DNA from: an uncultured virus (IMG/VR IMGVR_UViG_3300017971_000268)
Lineage: Duplodnaviria > Heunggongvirae > Uroviricota > Caudoviricetes
Virus record (IMG/VR): IMGVR_UViG_3300017971_000268
Strand: one strand, 5' to 3'
DNA: 20,000 nt
Shown here: piece after piece, positions 1 to 8,807 of the stretch
How the letters are laid out: the number at the start of each line of letters is the position of its first letter
How positions within the stretch are numbered: position 1 is the stretch's first letter
Program-made: the position numbers and the translations under genes
The notes under the pieces: generated by a model
What the model was told of the DNA's origin: nothing
The model's input: the letters and a program-made list of their open reading frames with translations, nothing else
The model's database searches: none

Positions 1-38
1 AATTAAAAAGCTTATCTAAAGTGTTCATCTTTTACCTC

Positions 39-266
39 CTATGGTCCAAACAACAATTTAAAAAACGGTCCGAAGAGTGGTATTATTAAATATTCAAACA
101 CAAGAAGTGCTGAAATGATAGTGCCTAGTATATATCCAATTATACCATAAGGCATAGTGCTTCCAACAAGATACCAGAATTGGTGCCTTCTTACTAAGCC
201 TCTTCTCTCGCTAGAGTCCCTCTCGTAGTGATGACCGACGTTTTTTAAGTATCTTTCTTTGTTCAT
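39..266 (-). CDS. Small hypothetical membrane protein
   Basis: 75-aa ORF with AGGAGG RBS and hydrophobic C-terminal half. Confidence 0.7.
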   Translation of the reverse strand: MNKERYLKNVGHHYERDSSERRGLVRRHQFWYLVGSTMPYGIIGYILGTIISALLVFEYLIIPLFGPFFKLLFGP

Positions 267-268
267 AT

Positions 269-463
269 TTAACCTCCTACTAAAACGCTTACTATACAGA
301 AAAGAACATAAAAAACAAAAAGTATTACTGGCAGTACAAATAATATAAAAAAGAATACATATATTATTGATACAGAAGAAAGAAATCCTCCGACTGCCAT
401 CCAGAAACCAGCTTTTCTTCTTTTATCTTCAAGTGTTGGCTCATGATAATCAATTCTCATCAT
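269..463 (-). CDS. Small hypothetical membrane protein (start revised to MMRIDY)
   Basis: GGAGG precedes ATG at 463; long hydrophobic C-terminus. Confidence 0.7.
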   Translation of the reverse strand: MMRIDYHEPTLEDKRRKAGFWMAVGGFLSSVSIIYVFFFILFVLPVILFVFYVLFCIVSVLVGG

Positions 464-479
464 TTGTTTGCCTCCTTTA

Positions 480-1010
480 TTAATGTTCTGTTCCCCTGTC
501 TTTAATTCCTGCGGGGTCAATTACTTCTAAATATATTCCAAGTCCACTTATAATATCATTATAAGGTAACTTTAAGAAATCAATGATTTCTATAAACATT
601 TTTATTATCATTGAATTAGGTACGCTTACGTTAGCAATTAATGGGGTTATCGAAATAAATAAAGACAATGCTTTGTGTATTGGATTATCGTTATCTATTA
701 CTTGAACAAATCCTGAGATAGAAAGTAAACTTTCCTTTATTATTTTAGGACTTCCTCCAATATTCAAATCCTTTTGAACTCTATCCATCATAAAATTATC
801 AAAAGAAATCTCAAGAGTTTTATCCAAAATAGAAAAGACAAACAAAGAAAAGTAATCTTGTTTGTTTTCCATAGTAAGATTCTCAAAAGTTTCTCCCACT
901 TTTTCAAAACCTTCTTCTCTAAGAGTTTTATTCAAACTATCAAGAAAGCTTTTGTAATCTTTATCATTTAAATTCAATGCTTCAAATAAAGTTTCTTTTT
1001 TGTGATCCAT
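480..1010 (-). CDS. Hypothetical protein
   Basis: 176-aa ORF with GAGGT RBS; start overlaps the upstream stop. Confidence 0.75.
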   Translation of the reverse strand: MDHKKETLFEALNLNDKDYKSFLDSLNKTLREEGFEKVGETFENLTMENKQDYFSLFVFSILDKTLEISFDNFMMDRVQKDLNIGGSPKIIKESLLSISGFVQVIDNDNPIHKALSLFISITPLIANVSVPNSMIIKMFIEIIDFLKLPYNDIISGLGIYLEVIDPAGIKDRGTEH

Positions 1011-1180
1011 TAGTTTACCTCACTATTCCTATCGTTTGATTCTTTAAATGCCTTTAGCTCTTTTTCAACAGCATCAGTAAAAATTCTGCTGTTGTAACCC
1101 ATAATTAATTGATTCTTTTCTTTAATCATCTTCTTGTACTCATCATACAAGTTATCGTCTACGCTAACTTTTATAACCAT
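1010..1180 (-). CDS. Small possible ribbon-helix-helix (CopG-like) DNA-binding protein
   Basis: GGAGG before MVIKVSVDDNLYDEYKK; alternating beta-strand followed by helix pattern. Confidence 0.5.
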   Translation of the reverse strand: MVIKVSVDDNLYDEYKKMIKEKNQLIMGYNSRIFTDAVEKELKAFKESNDRNSEVN

Positions 1181-1215
1181 TTTAATTCCTCCGAAATATA
1201 AACTCACTCTATTAT

Positions 1216-1244
1216 AATATAACTAAATTTCCCTTTTTTGTCAA
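1216..1244 (-). promoter_or_regulatory. Sigma-70-type promoter for the 1180..39 genes
   Basis: TTGACA-17 bp-TATATT on minus strand. Confidence 0.6.
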
Positions 1245-1465
1245 CAAAAATTCCCCAAAAAGTACCTAAAAATTCCTCAAAAAGGGAATTTTATTACCTT
1301 GAAATTTTAAATTTTTAGTTGACTTTTGTGACATAACTATTTAAATTGTAAAAAAGATATAAAAACGTAGTCACACCTATGTTTCTACTCCGATATCTTT
1401 TATACACACAAAGTAACTATCTTTAAACCTCCTGCTAAAAACAGTTTAAAGATAAAAGACGGAAC

Positions 1466-1512
1466 AAAGCCTTTTCCTCGCCAGAGTATGTCCAAGGAAA
1501 AGGCTTTTCTTT
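1466..1512. terminator. Hairpin, probable terminator
   Basis: 13-bp perfect inverted repeat aaagccttttcct/aggaaaaggcttt just downstream of the 1540 ORF; T-run follows on + strand. Confidence 0.55.
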
Positions 1513-1539
1513 TATTTATCTCGGATACGAGATAGATAA

Positions 1540-1881
1540 TTATATTTTAGGCAATCTCCCACAACCTTCAAGTTTTGAAATATCAACTCCCTTGTAACGC
1601 ATTTTTTTAACGAATTCTTCTTCACAGGTTTTACTACAAGCGTAACCTTCACTATACTCATCTGAAATATGTATAGTGTCAATTGCTTTATGTTCCTTCT
1701 TACAAACATTACATCTTACAATTTCAGCATCCCAGTATTGACATACATTTCCTACATAATCTTCAACAGCATCACAACCCTCAATCATTGGCGGTTCTCC
1801 TGGTTCCCATTGTGTATCGGGATAACCTTTTGTTCTATGATTTACAGAGTGTTTGCAGTTCCAACAAGATTTGTTATTCAT
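1540..1881 (-). CDS. Cys-rich (Zn-binding) hypothetical phage protein
   Basis: CWNC, CNVC and CSKTC motifs; GGAGG RBS. Confidence 0.75.
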   Translation of the reverse strand: MNNKSCWNCKHSVNHRTKGYPDTQWEPGEPPMIEGCDAVEDYVGNVCQYWDAEIVRCNVCKKEHKAIDTIHISDEYSEGYACSKTCEEEFVKKMRYKGVDISKLEGCGRLPKI

Positions 1882-1913
1882 TATTAACCTCCATTGAGAG
1901 ATAGTTATTAACT

Positions 1914-1940
1914 CTGAAACCAGGACATGTCCGATTTCAG
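1914..1940. repeat. CTGAAA-N15-TTTCAG palindrome, copy 1
   Basis: ctgaaa 1914-1919 and tttcag 1935-1940, with extended outer stem. Confidence 0.75.
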
Positions 1941-1955
1941 GGTTGAAAATTATCT

Positions 1956-2327
1956 CTACGTGATTGTTATTTCTATCTCAAAACTACCATCACCACCTGT
2001 ATTAATTGTGTGATAGTGTTTACTTTCTGAACGGAGATAGAAAGTTTTCTTTAGAAAGTCAGTCCAAACAGTTCCCTCATTAGAGAATAGATATCCAACA
2101 TCTCCAACAACTATTTCTCCGTTTGTTTCAATTGTTGTCTCTCCTTTGAGTTCTCCTAGCCAACAATCTTTTATATGATACTTAACTTTCCTTAATCCTT
2201 TCTCAACTTTCACAAGAGTACAATTTCCACCGGAATTATCAATGTTACCTCCATAATGTTTTATAAAATCGTGGTCGGTAATTGATATGTTTCCGGCATC
2301 AACTGGAAATGTTTCTGTTATTTTCAT
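1956..2327 (-). CDS. Hypothetical phage protein
   Basis: 123-aa ORF with AGGAG RBS; internal two-fold repeat-like motifs (VDAGNISITD / GEIVVGDVGY, NTGGDGSF). Confidence 0.75.
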   Translation of the reverse strand: MKITETFPVDAGNISITDHDFIKHYGGNIDNSGGNCTLVKVEKGLRKVKYHIKDCWLGELKGETTIETNGEIVVGDVGYLFSNEGTVWTDFLKKTFYLRSESKHYHTINTGGDGSFEIEITIT

Positions 2328-2500
2328 ATATACTCCTTTACAAATAGTTTCAAATCACCTTTCTTGTAAAAGGTTTTATATGTTGGATTTTTTTTCTTAA
2401 CATTCTTTTCGTAGTTTATTGCATTTTCTTCCGTAGCAAAAAATTCATTTGCTACAACTTCACAATCGGCATTAATAACAGTAACTACCCAAACTTCCAT
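2324..2500 (-). CDS. 58-aa hypothetical protein (not in ORF track)
   Basis: AGGAGG RBS; MEVWVVTVINAD...KEYI; ATGA overlap with the next gene. Confidence 0.7.
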   Translation of the reverse strand: MEVWVVTVINADCEVVANEFFATEENAINYEKNVKKKNPTYKTFYKKGDLKLFVKEYI

Positions 2501-2581
2501 AAGTTTCCTCCTAACAAACTGACATTAAAAACAATAAAAATCCTCCGATTTATAATTAATTTTTTTTCTGTTACATCTATC

Positions 2582-2917
2582 TTAAACCCCTTGAACATTT
2601 ATTCTATTACCGTTACTATTAACAACCATACCTTCTTCAAAGACACAATCATCATTATACAACCAAGTACCTCTGTGTTGATACACATTTATGGGTGAGA
2701 ATCTATTGATTCTTTCTTTAGTAGTAGGAGTTCTCCAACCACCAGTATGAAGTTCATAGTAGTCATTTGGTTTAATGATAATGATGTCTGTTCTATGCAA
2801 ACATATATGGTAGTTATGGCCGTTCTTATAAAGCCTAGTATTATTAGCAATAGGCTTACCTTTTTCTTTATCCTTTGCACTTTCATATAGTTCTTTTGCT
2901 TCATTATACGTTAGCAT
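2582..2917 (-). CDS. Conserved phage-type hypothetical protein
   Basis: AGGAGG RBS; NNTRL...TGGWRTPTTKERIN motif recalled from uncharacterised phage proteins. Confidence 0.75.
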   Translation of the reverse strand: MLTYNEAKELYESAKDKEKGKPIANNTRLYKNGHNYHICLHRTDIIIIKPNDYYELHTGGWRTPTTKERINRFSPINVYQHRGTWLYNDDCVFEEGMVVNSNGNRINVQGV

Positions 2918-3040
2918 ATCTATACCTCCTTGAAATATTATTTGTTCTGGTTTTATTTAAAAAACATTTAACGCTCTTTATATTATTTCTTAACTCACCA
3001 ATATCATCTACATAATCAATTACTAAATCAAAGCAAGAAT

Positions 3041-3451
3041 CTACGTCTGTGAATAAAAGCCTTGATCCTTTGCATCCTCACTACTTTCCCAACCAAAGTA
3101 ATCGTTATCTTCATAACACTTGCTATGAAATAACTTAATGAATTGGCTGTTTTTGGGATTCCCCTCACCACTCCAAATCATTTTGATATACTTTAGTCTT
3201 ATTTCTTCGTGCTTTTCTTCATCTTTTCTTAACTTCTTATACTTTTTAATGTTTCCTTTAAGATACATAAGTACCATAATATCCCACTCACCATCATCGT
3301 TTAGAATCGCCCCATATCCATCATAACTACCCTCTATAGTCTGTCCATTAGGTAGTAACAATGTGCATTGGTTCAATTCCATAGGTGGATGGTCATAAGG
3401 GTTTTTAATAGAAACACCACATACCGGACATTCCCACGAATATAATCCCAT
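3041..3451 (-). CDS. Hypothetical phage protein with N-terminal CxxC
   Basis: MGLYSWECPVCG...GSYDGYG; AGGAGG RBS. Confidence 0.75.
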   Translation of the reverse strand: MGLYSWECPVCGVSIKNPYDHPPMELNQCTLLLPNGQTIEGSYDGYGAILNDDGEWDIMVLMYLKGNIKKYKKLRKDEEKHEEIRLKYIKMIWSGEGNPKNSQFIKLFHSKCYEDNDYFGWESSEDAKDQGFYSQT

Positions 3452-3455
3452 ATCT

Positions 3456-3734
3456 TTACCTCCTCTTTTTATAAATCTTTTCTAAAGTATCTAATAAGTT
3501 GTCTGATAAATTAAATAATAACCTATAGCTAATTTTAACTTTCCCACTCTCTATATTAGATATATATTGCTGTGTACAACCCATTTTATCCGCAAGTTCT
3601 TTTTGAGTTAATCTACATAACATCCTTATGTATATAATGGTATCACCATCAAACATTTTAACTGAATCTATTGCTTTTTTTATTTCCCCTAAATCGTTCA
3701 CTATCTTTAGCATACTCTCTATGTGATATCCCAT
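3456..3734 (-). CDS. XRE-family helix-turn-helix protein (start revised to MGYHIE)
   Basis: LTQKELADKMGCTQQYISNIESG HTH_3 signature; GGAGG before ATG 3734. Confidence 0.85.
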   Translation of the reverse strand: MGYHIESMLKIVNDLGEIKKAIDSVKMFDGDTIIYIRMLCRLTQKELADKMGCTQQYISNIESGKVKISYRLLFNLSDNLLDTLEKIYKKRR

Positions 3735-3748
3735 ACCTTTACCTCCAT

Positions 3749-4231
3749 CTATAGCTTTAATTTGTTCCATTGTATAGAATTATTATCTATACTTATTTCA
3801 AACACACCTATCATATTACACTTTTTACACATCACCTCTATACTAGCCTTACTTTCACTTTTAGATAGTTTAGTTAAATGTTTACACGCTTTTATACTAT
3901 TTTTATCTAGTATATGGTCGCAATTTATTTTATTATTAACATCCTTAACAATGTCTAATAAACTAATCAAAACCTTTATAGAAGCCTTTTCTCTACCAGA
4001 CTCTATATGACTTAGATATTGTTGAGTTATTCCAAGAGCTTTGGCAAACTCAATTTGAGTCATTCTAACAAAACTTCTTATTCTTTTAAAAGTCATACCT
4101 CCAAAATCCTCTATTATATTAACAGACTCCTCAACAGTCCTTAACTCCTTTTCCCATAATAAAAACATTTTCTTTCTATTTCTACGATTTCTGTCTACCA
4201 TACCTTTGAAAACCCTTCGTTTCTCGACCAT
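3749..4231 (-). CDS. XRE-family HTH protein with C-terminal Cys motifs
   Basis: MTQIEFAKALGITQQYLSHIESG; CKH...CKKC tail. Confidence 0.85.
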   Translation of the reverse strand: MVEKRRVFKGMVDRNRRNRKKMFLLWEKELRTVEESVNIIEDFGGMTFKRIRSFVRMTQIEFAKALGITQQYLSHIESGREKASIKVLISLLDIVKDVNNKINCDHILDKNSIKACKHLTKLSKSESKASIEVMCKKCNMIGVFEISIDNNSIQWNKLKL

Positions 4232-4319
4232 TCACTAACCTCCTTTAAATATAAATAATCTTTATCTAACCTACCACATTGGATAGGTTAGCTACTGACT
4301 ATTTATACATTAAATACTG

Positions 4320-4529
4320 TTATCTTATTACATCAGTTACGCAAACAACTTCGTCAGAATTAGGGTTTAAATCATTCCAAAAAGACTCATACTTTTCCTT
4401 AACACCTTGCTCAGTATCAATACCTGTAAACAAGCTATTAGTATCAGTATCAATCATTTCTATTCTTGACTCACCAACAACCTCGTTGGTTTCCCTATCT
4501 CTTGCGAGTGCAGTTACATAGAATAACAT
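4320..4529 (-). CDS. Hypothetical protein (start revised to MLFYVT)
   Basis: GGAGG RBS overlapping the end of the upstream gene. Confidence 0.7.
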   Translation of the reverse strand: MLFYVTALARDRETNEVVGESRIEMIDTDTNSLFTGIDTEQGVKEKYESFWNDLNPNSDEVVCVTDVIR

Positions 4530-4530
4530 A

Positions 4531-5001
4531 TTAAACCTCCATTTCAAATAGACATTCTGCAATTATCCATTCCACGTCTTTTTCTTTCCAAGATTTTTTT
4601 ATTTCTTCATAGTCATATCCATAGGAACATAGAACATCAATTATTTGATCTTCTGTATAATCATTTAGATTAACAGTTTCTCTTATATGTTGTACTGTGC
4701 CATCTGGATATTTAACATCCTCCATAAATTCATATAGTTCATCACTTATTTTTCTTCCATACTGATTAAATGATGGGTCAGTTAATGTCCATACTGAAAG
4801 TGGTACTGGTTTTCCTTTTTCGTTCTTTCCAGTTTTAAGTATTTCTTTTCCACCACATTTATCAGTATCTTTGTATTCACAACGCAGACAGTATTCTATG
4901 CCGTGAAATTGAACTAACCAACATTCTGCTGTTAAATCAGACTGTTGGATAGTTTTTACATTACTGAGTTGACCATCTTCTCTTAAATTTTTTATTTTCA
5001 T
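4531..5001 (-). CDS. Hypothetical phage protein with Cys-rich N-terminal half
   Basis: 156-aa ORF; GGAGGTGG RBS. Confidence 0.75.
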   Translation of the reverse strand: MKIKNLREDGQLSNVKTIQQSDLTAECWLVQFHGIEYCLRCEYKDTDKCGGKEILKTGKNEKGKPVPLSVWTLTDPSFNQYGRKISDELYEFMEDVKYPDGTVQHIRETVNLNDYTEDQIIDVLCSYGYDYEEIKKSWKEKDVEWIIAECLFEMEV

Positions 5002-5060
5002 ATTAAACCACCTCCTTGATTAAAACTTGTGCCGACTCTCAACGAGAGCCAGCATAAATT

Positions 5061-6047
5061 TTACTCGCCTAATATTTTAACATCAACATCTTTGTTATCA
5101 CCAATGATTGATTTAACCAGAGCAGTCATGTTCTGACCAATTCTGATTGCATCTTCTGGGTTTGCCAGACCAAACCCTTCACCATTGAAACCATCCATCA
5201 TGGTATCAGGAGTCATCTCATACTTAGCAAATCTGGTAATGTTAAGTTGATCTGTTCTTGTCAAAAGTAAGGGGTCATAGCCAGGTGGATTCATAATGTT
5301 ATGGATACAAAAGTATGGATTTCTTTTGTTATTCTTCATGAAGATAGGTCGTATTCTTTCCAACACTATCTTGAGATCATGAAGTTTCTCGTCAAGATAT
5401 TTAAGCATACTCTCACCATAGTTATTACCAAATTTTAAGTCTTGTGCTATGTCCTTATCCAATCCTTTTAACTCTTTCAGCTTACGCAGAAAGTGTGGCT
5501 TACTAAGAAGTGTCATCCCAGCATATCGAAAGATGTCTTCTTTAATATCATGTAGGTCTGGGAGTGCTTTACCATTTCTTATTATCAAATTGCAAAGAAG
5601 AAATCTGCCCTCATCACTAACAGTAATATCAGCTTTAGGTATGGCTTTTGATATGTCTATCAGTGCCAATATGACAAGCAAACTATTGTACTCATTGCCC
5701 TGTACCTTACAGAAGGCACGTGCTTGTTTTTTAGGATTATCATTACGAAATGATATGTATCCAGCCTTTTTGAGTTCTCTGCATGTCTTGGCATGATCTC
5801 TGTTTTTGGCAAAGATTTCTGAATATCTTTTGCCTACTATCTCCCATGCCTTGTCCCTATATTTATTTATTAATGGGTTATCCCATTTAGGATAATAACT
5901 ATAAGGATCAAGCCAGAAGTTTTCACATGACCATACATCTTTAAACTTACCGCTGTTGTAATGTAGAGTGATCTCATACATCTTATTGATTTGAGAATCT
6001 GTAAATGGTTTATCAGGCGTAACCGTAAAGTGTAATGTTCTACCCAT
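5061..6047 (-). CDS. Hypothetical phage protein (start revised to MGRTLHF, 328 aa)
   Basis: AGGAGG before ATG 6047; long open frame. Confidence 0.8.
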   Translation of the reverse strand: MGRTLHFTVTPDKPFTDSQINKMYEITLHYNSGKFKDVWSCENFWLDPYSYYPKWDNPLINKYRDKAWEIVGKRYSEIFAKNRDHAKTCRELKKAGYISFRNDNPKKQARAFCKVQGNEYNSLLVILALIDISKAIPKADITVSDEGRFLLCNLIIRNGKALPDLHDIKEDIFRYAGMTLLSKPHFLRKLKELKGLDKDIAQDLKFGNNYGESMLKYLDEKLHDLKIVLERIRPIFMKNNKRNPYFCIHNIMNPPGYDPLLLTRTDQLNITRFAKYEMTPDTMMDGFNGEGFGLANPEDAIRIGQNMTALVKSIIGDNKDVDVKILGE

Positions 6048-6126
6048 AATTAACCTCCTTGAAATATTACCTGTTTTGGTTTTATTTAAATACACATTAA
6101 AGCTCTGAAACTTTTATCTACCTATA

Positions 6127-6154
6127 GTATCGACACCTCTACCATTTTACTTTA
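6127..6154 (-). promoter_or_regulatory. Sigma-28-like promoter TAAA-N16-GTCGATAC
   Basis: Minus strand TAAAgtaaaatggtagaggtGTCGATAC; near-identical copy at 10985-11012. Confidence 0.6.
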
Positions 6155-6262
6155 GTACTTTTTTGTTTACTTTAATACTTTTTTGTGACCAACAATATAT
6201 TTATATAAACATAAAACTACTATGTGTACATAACCCCTATTTTTGACATTTGCGAATAACGA

Positions 6263-6317
6263 CGCCTAAACCTTCGCCTAAACCTTCGCCTAAACCTTCG
6301 CCTAAACCTTCGCCTAA
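6263..6317. repeat. 12-bp tandem repeat (cgcctaaacctt) x4.6
   Basis: Four exact units plus cgcctaa. Confidence 0.95.
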
Positions 6318-6429
6318 GATTGGCGGAAAAATGTGCGGAAGTGGCCAAATTTCCGTGCCAAAAAATTTTTTTCACAGTTGCGACTACCGACCTCATTGCC
6401 GAATAACGACCGCAAAAGTTTTTGCTGAA

Positions 6430-6457
6430 GTCTTTGCCCAAAATTTTGGGCAAAGAC
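6430..6457. repeat. Perfect 28-bp palindrome
   Basis: gtctttgcccaaaattttgggcaaagac is its own reverse complement. Confidence 0.95.
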
Positions 6458-6727
6458 ATTTGCGACTAACTACCCTAAATTAAACAACTACTTTTGCGAC
6501 TAACTATCCTTTTGCGACTAACTATCGCCAAGATTTTGGCGAAGGTCCTTTGCTGAAGTTTGGTTAGGTCGTTAGTCGCTGTTGTGTCGTTACTCGAAAT
6601 ATTTACAATGCCGACTAACTACCTCATTAGCGACTAACTACCTAGCACCAAATTGACTGCTGTTATTTTACATTTGCGACTAACTACCACATTTGCGACT
6701 AACTACCACATTTGCGACTAACTACCA
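6457..6727 (+). repeat. Iteron-like direct repeats CGACTAACTA x8, ending in three exact 19-bp units
   Basis: Copies at 6463, 6497, 6515, 6612, 6631, 6677, 6696, 6715; catttgcgactaactacca x3 at 6671-6727. Confidence 0.9.
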
Positions 6728-6885
6728 AACATGAAAAAAACAGAACAGGTTTTTGATTTCTTAGGTGTTTTATTGTTTGGGCGTGCCTCTTGCCCCGATT
6801 CGCACCCTCGTTATAGCTGCAAAACTATTGACTAATATGTATATATAGGAGTGTATCCTTTTATATACAGAATATTATTTAAATC

Positions 6886-6912
6886 CTGAAACTCTATTGA
6901 GAACAATTTCAG
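6886..6912. repeat. CTGAAA-N15-TTTCAG palindrome, copy 2
   Basis: Exact arms with 15-bp spacer. Confidence 0.75.
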
Positions 6913-7023
6913 AGCTTAAATAGGCTTCTGTATGTGCAATTTATCTCCTTTCTCATCCTGGGTAATGGCAAAGAAAAACCCTGTCTCGTATCCGAAACGT
7001 CTACAAAACAGGGTTCTGCGTGT

Positions 7024-7140
7024 TTATTTCTCTGCCTGGACTTTTTCCTTACATTCCCTACACTTAATTTCTTCTGGAGCTTTTAAGTCAGTCTCGATCA
7101 CTATTTCGTAACCACACTTACATTTGTAAATGTAAGCCAT
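7024..7140 (-). CDS. 38-aa zinc-ribbon protein (not in ORF track)
   Basis: AGGAGG RBS; MAYIYKCKCG...KCRECKEKVQAEK. Confidence 0.65.
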   Translation of the reverse strand: MAYIYKCKCGYEIVIETDLKAPEEIKCRECKEKVQAEK

Positions 7141-7164
7141 TTTGACCTCCTTCTTTTTAGACAT

Positions 7165-7347
7165 TTAGCACACCAAATTTGCAATTATAATTAAGCCTAT
7201 AATTACAAATAGTAATTTGATTGCGGATTTCCATCCCGCCTGAAGTCCTATTGCGAACGATTCTCCACGCCCTGGAATGTACTCCCGTCTATTTTCAGAC
7301 AAATTATCATCGTCTGACTGTTCTAATATCATACGTTTGAATCCCAT
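7165..7347 (-). CDS. Small membrane protein
   Basis: GAGGGGG RBS; C-terminal hydrophobic helix. Confidence 0.65.
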   Translation of the reverse strand: MGFKRMILEQSDDDNLSENRREYIPGRGESFAIGLQAGWKSAIKLLFVIIGLIIIANLVC

Positions 7348-7359
7348 AAGTAACCCCCT

Positions 7360-7635
7360 CTAAACGTATTTTCTAATTATTCTTTTGATGTCCTGATGTT
7401 CATCACCAAGTTTAAATAGTATTTGCTTTAAGTGGTCTTTTATACCACTATTGCCGTAAAGTACATCTATAAACATAATGACTTCATGGTTCAAGTCTTT
7501 TTCTAGACTACTACCTTTTTTTACTCTCTCTCGTAATTCTTTAAGAGCGAGTTTTAATTCTTTATTGTTTAAGATATCCTTTTCCTGGCATTTGTAATAT
7601 GCTTCACCATGATAATTATTAATTTTCACGTACAT
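7360..7635 (-). CDS. Hypothetical protein (start revised to MYVKIN)
   Basis: AGGAGG before ATG 7635. Confidence 0.7.
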   Translation of the reverse strand: MYVKINNYHGEAYYKCQEKDILNNKELKLALKELRERVKKGSSLEKDLNHEVIMFIDVLYGNSGIKDHLKQILFKLGDEHQDIKRIIRKYV

Positions 7636-7666
7636 TTTCCCTCCTGTATTGGAGGATACTGACAGT

Positions 7667-8050
7667 TTATTTGTCAGTATCCTCCAAGGTTTCATAATAC
7701 TTCTCTTTAATTATTTTTCTTAATTCTTTCCATTTCTCCTTAAAAAGAGTTCCGTGTGAAGGATCTTTGAGAAGTATGTGAGCAGCCTCGTGGGCTAAAG
7801 CTCTAATAACCATATTCTCAGACTTTACTCTCTTTGCATTAAGAAGAAACTCAGCCTCTATTTCATTAAATGAAACTGCTGATACTGATTCTTCTCCCCT
7901 TCCTGGTGCAGCTAAATTGTTTTGCCAAGTCAACGCTGTTGACATAAAAGTTAGTTCATGAGTTGTTAAAGTTATGTTAACGATTCTATCACAAAGGTCT
8001 TCCAGAATTCGCTCTAAGCGACCCCATTTTATTTTCAAGGTTTCACTCAT
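7667..8050 (-). CDS. Zincin metallopeptidase-like protein (SprT/YgjP-like)
   Basis: LAHEAAHILL...HGTLFKEKW: HExxH plus downstream His; ATGA-coupled to the amidotransferase gene. Confidence 0.7.
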   Translation of the reverse strand: MSETLKIKWGRLERILEDLCDRIVNITLTTHELTFMSTALTWQNNLAAPGRGEESVSAVSFNEIEAEFLLNAKRVKSENMVIRALAHEAAHILLKDPSHGTLFKEKWKELRKIIKEKYYETLEDTDK

Positions 8051-8736
8051 ATTAATGAGTATCCTTTATAAGAGTGGTTGTTGTCATAAGACTTTTCAGA
8101 CTTTTCATTTCTCCAACCACCTCTTGATTTTCTTCTACCATACCCATATTCATAGGTAGAACCAGCATAGCTGTAAGTTTTGTAACCTTTGTAACTTGTG
8201 TTTGAAAACATAACCCCTTTTACTTCTTCAAACTCTCCACGAACATAGACTCTTTTTGAACCAAAGATAACATACTTACCTTTGATAACATCAAGAACTT
8301 TTTCTCCTAATTGAGATACAAGCATTGCTGCAAGTCTTGTATCTGACATCTCACCTTCTGGTAAAAACTTTTGTGAGATATAATAAGGCATTGTCCATTC
8401 TTCCCAATCAGATATAACACCATTGTGAAAAAGAACCTCCTTGTTCCCAGAATACTTAATTCTCAATGGAGACTTTCTAGAAACAATGAAAGGGTGTGTG
8501 AGTTCTGGTCCTTTACTACCAGAAGTTCCCACTCTAAAGTGGACTACGTGTTCGCCTCTTATCCTTAACTTGTTGTAGATTTCCCACGCCTCTTTTAATT
8601 CCATTATGCCTTTTACATAATGCACCTTTCCATTTTTCCTGTAGCTTATCCCGACACCATCATCATTTGTGTCGTAACAGTTCTCAAACTCATCCCACGT
8701 TAACTTCCGTTCCTTACAATAAGCTATTACACACAT
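8047..8736 (-). CDS. Class II (Ntn) glutamine amidotransferase, phage type, copy A
   Basis: Cys2 nucleophile (MCVIA), NDDGVG, HFRVGTSG, HPF, FHNGVI, SDT. Confidence 0.9.
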   Translation of the reverse strand: MCVIAYCKERKLTWDEFENCYDTNDDGVGISYRKNGKVHYVKGIMELKEAWEIYNKLRIRGEHVVHFRVGTSGSKGPELTHPFIVSRKSPLRIKYSGNKEVLFHNGVISDWEEWTMPYYISQKFLPEGEMSDTRLAAMLVSQLGEKVLDVIKGKYVIFGSKRVYVRGEFEEVKGVMFSNTSYKGYKTYSYAGSTYEYGYGRRKSRGGWRNEKSEKSYDNNHSYKGYSLI

Positions 8737-8807
8737 AGTAACCTCCTTTTGTTATTATTCAACCTTTAACAGTTGCCTATGCCCTCCGTAAAGGGCAAAG
8801 GTAAGTG

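Noticed and set aside
6220..6483. ORFs with RRRF / PKPS repeats
   Set aside because: Translations of the 12-bp tandem repeat on both strands; no GGAGG RBS, unlike real genes here
6457..6727. CRISPR array
   Set aside because: Repeats are only 10-19 bp, often abutting, with no unique 30-40-bp spacers and no cas genes
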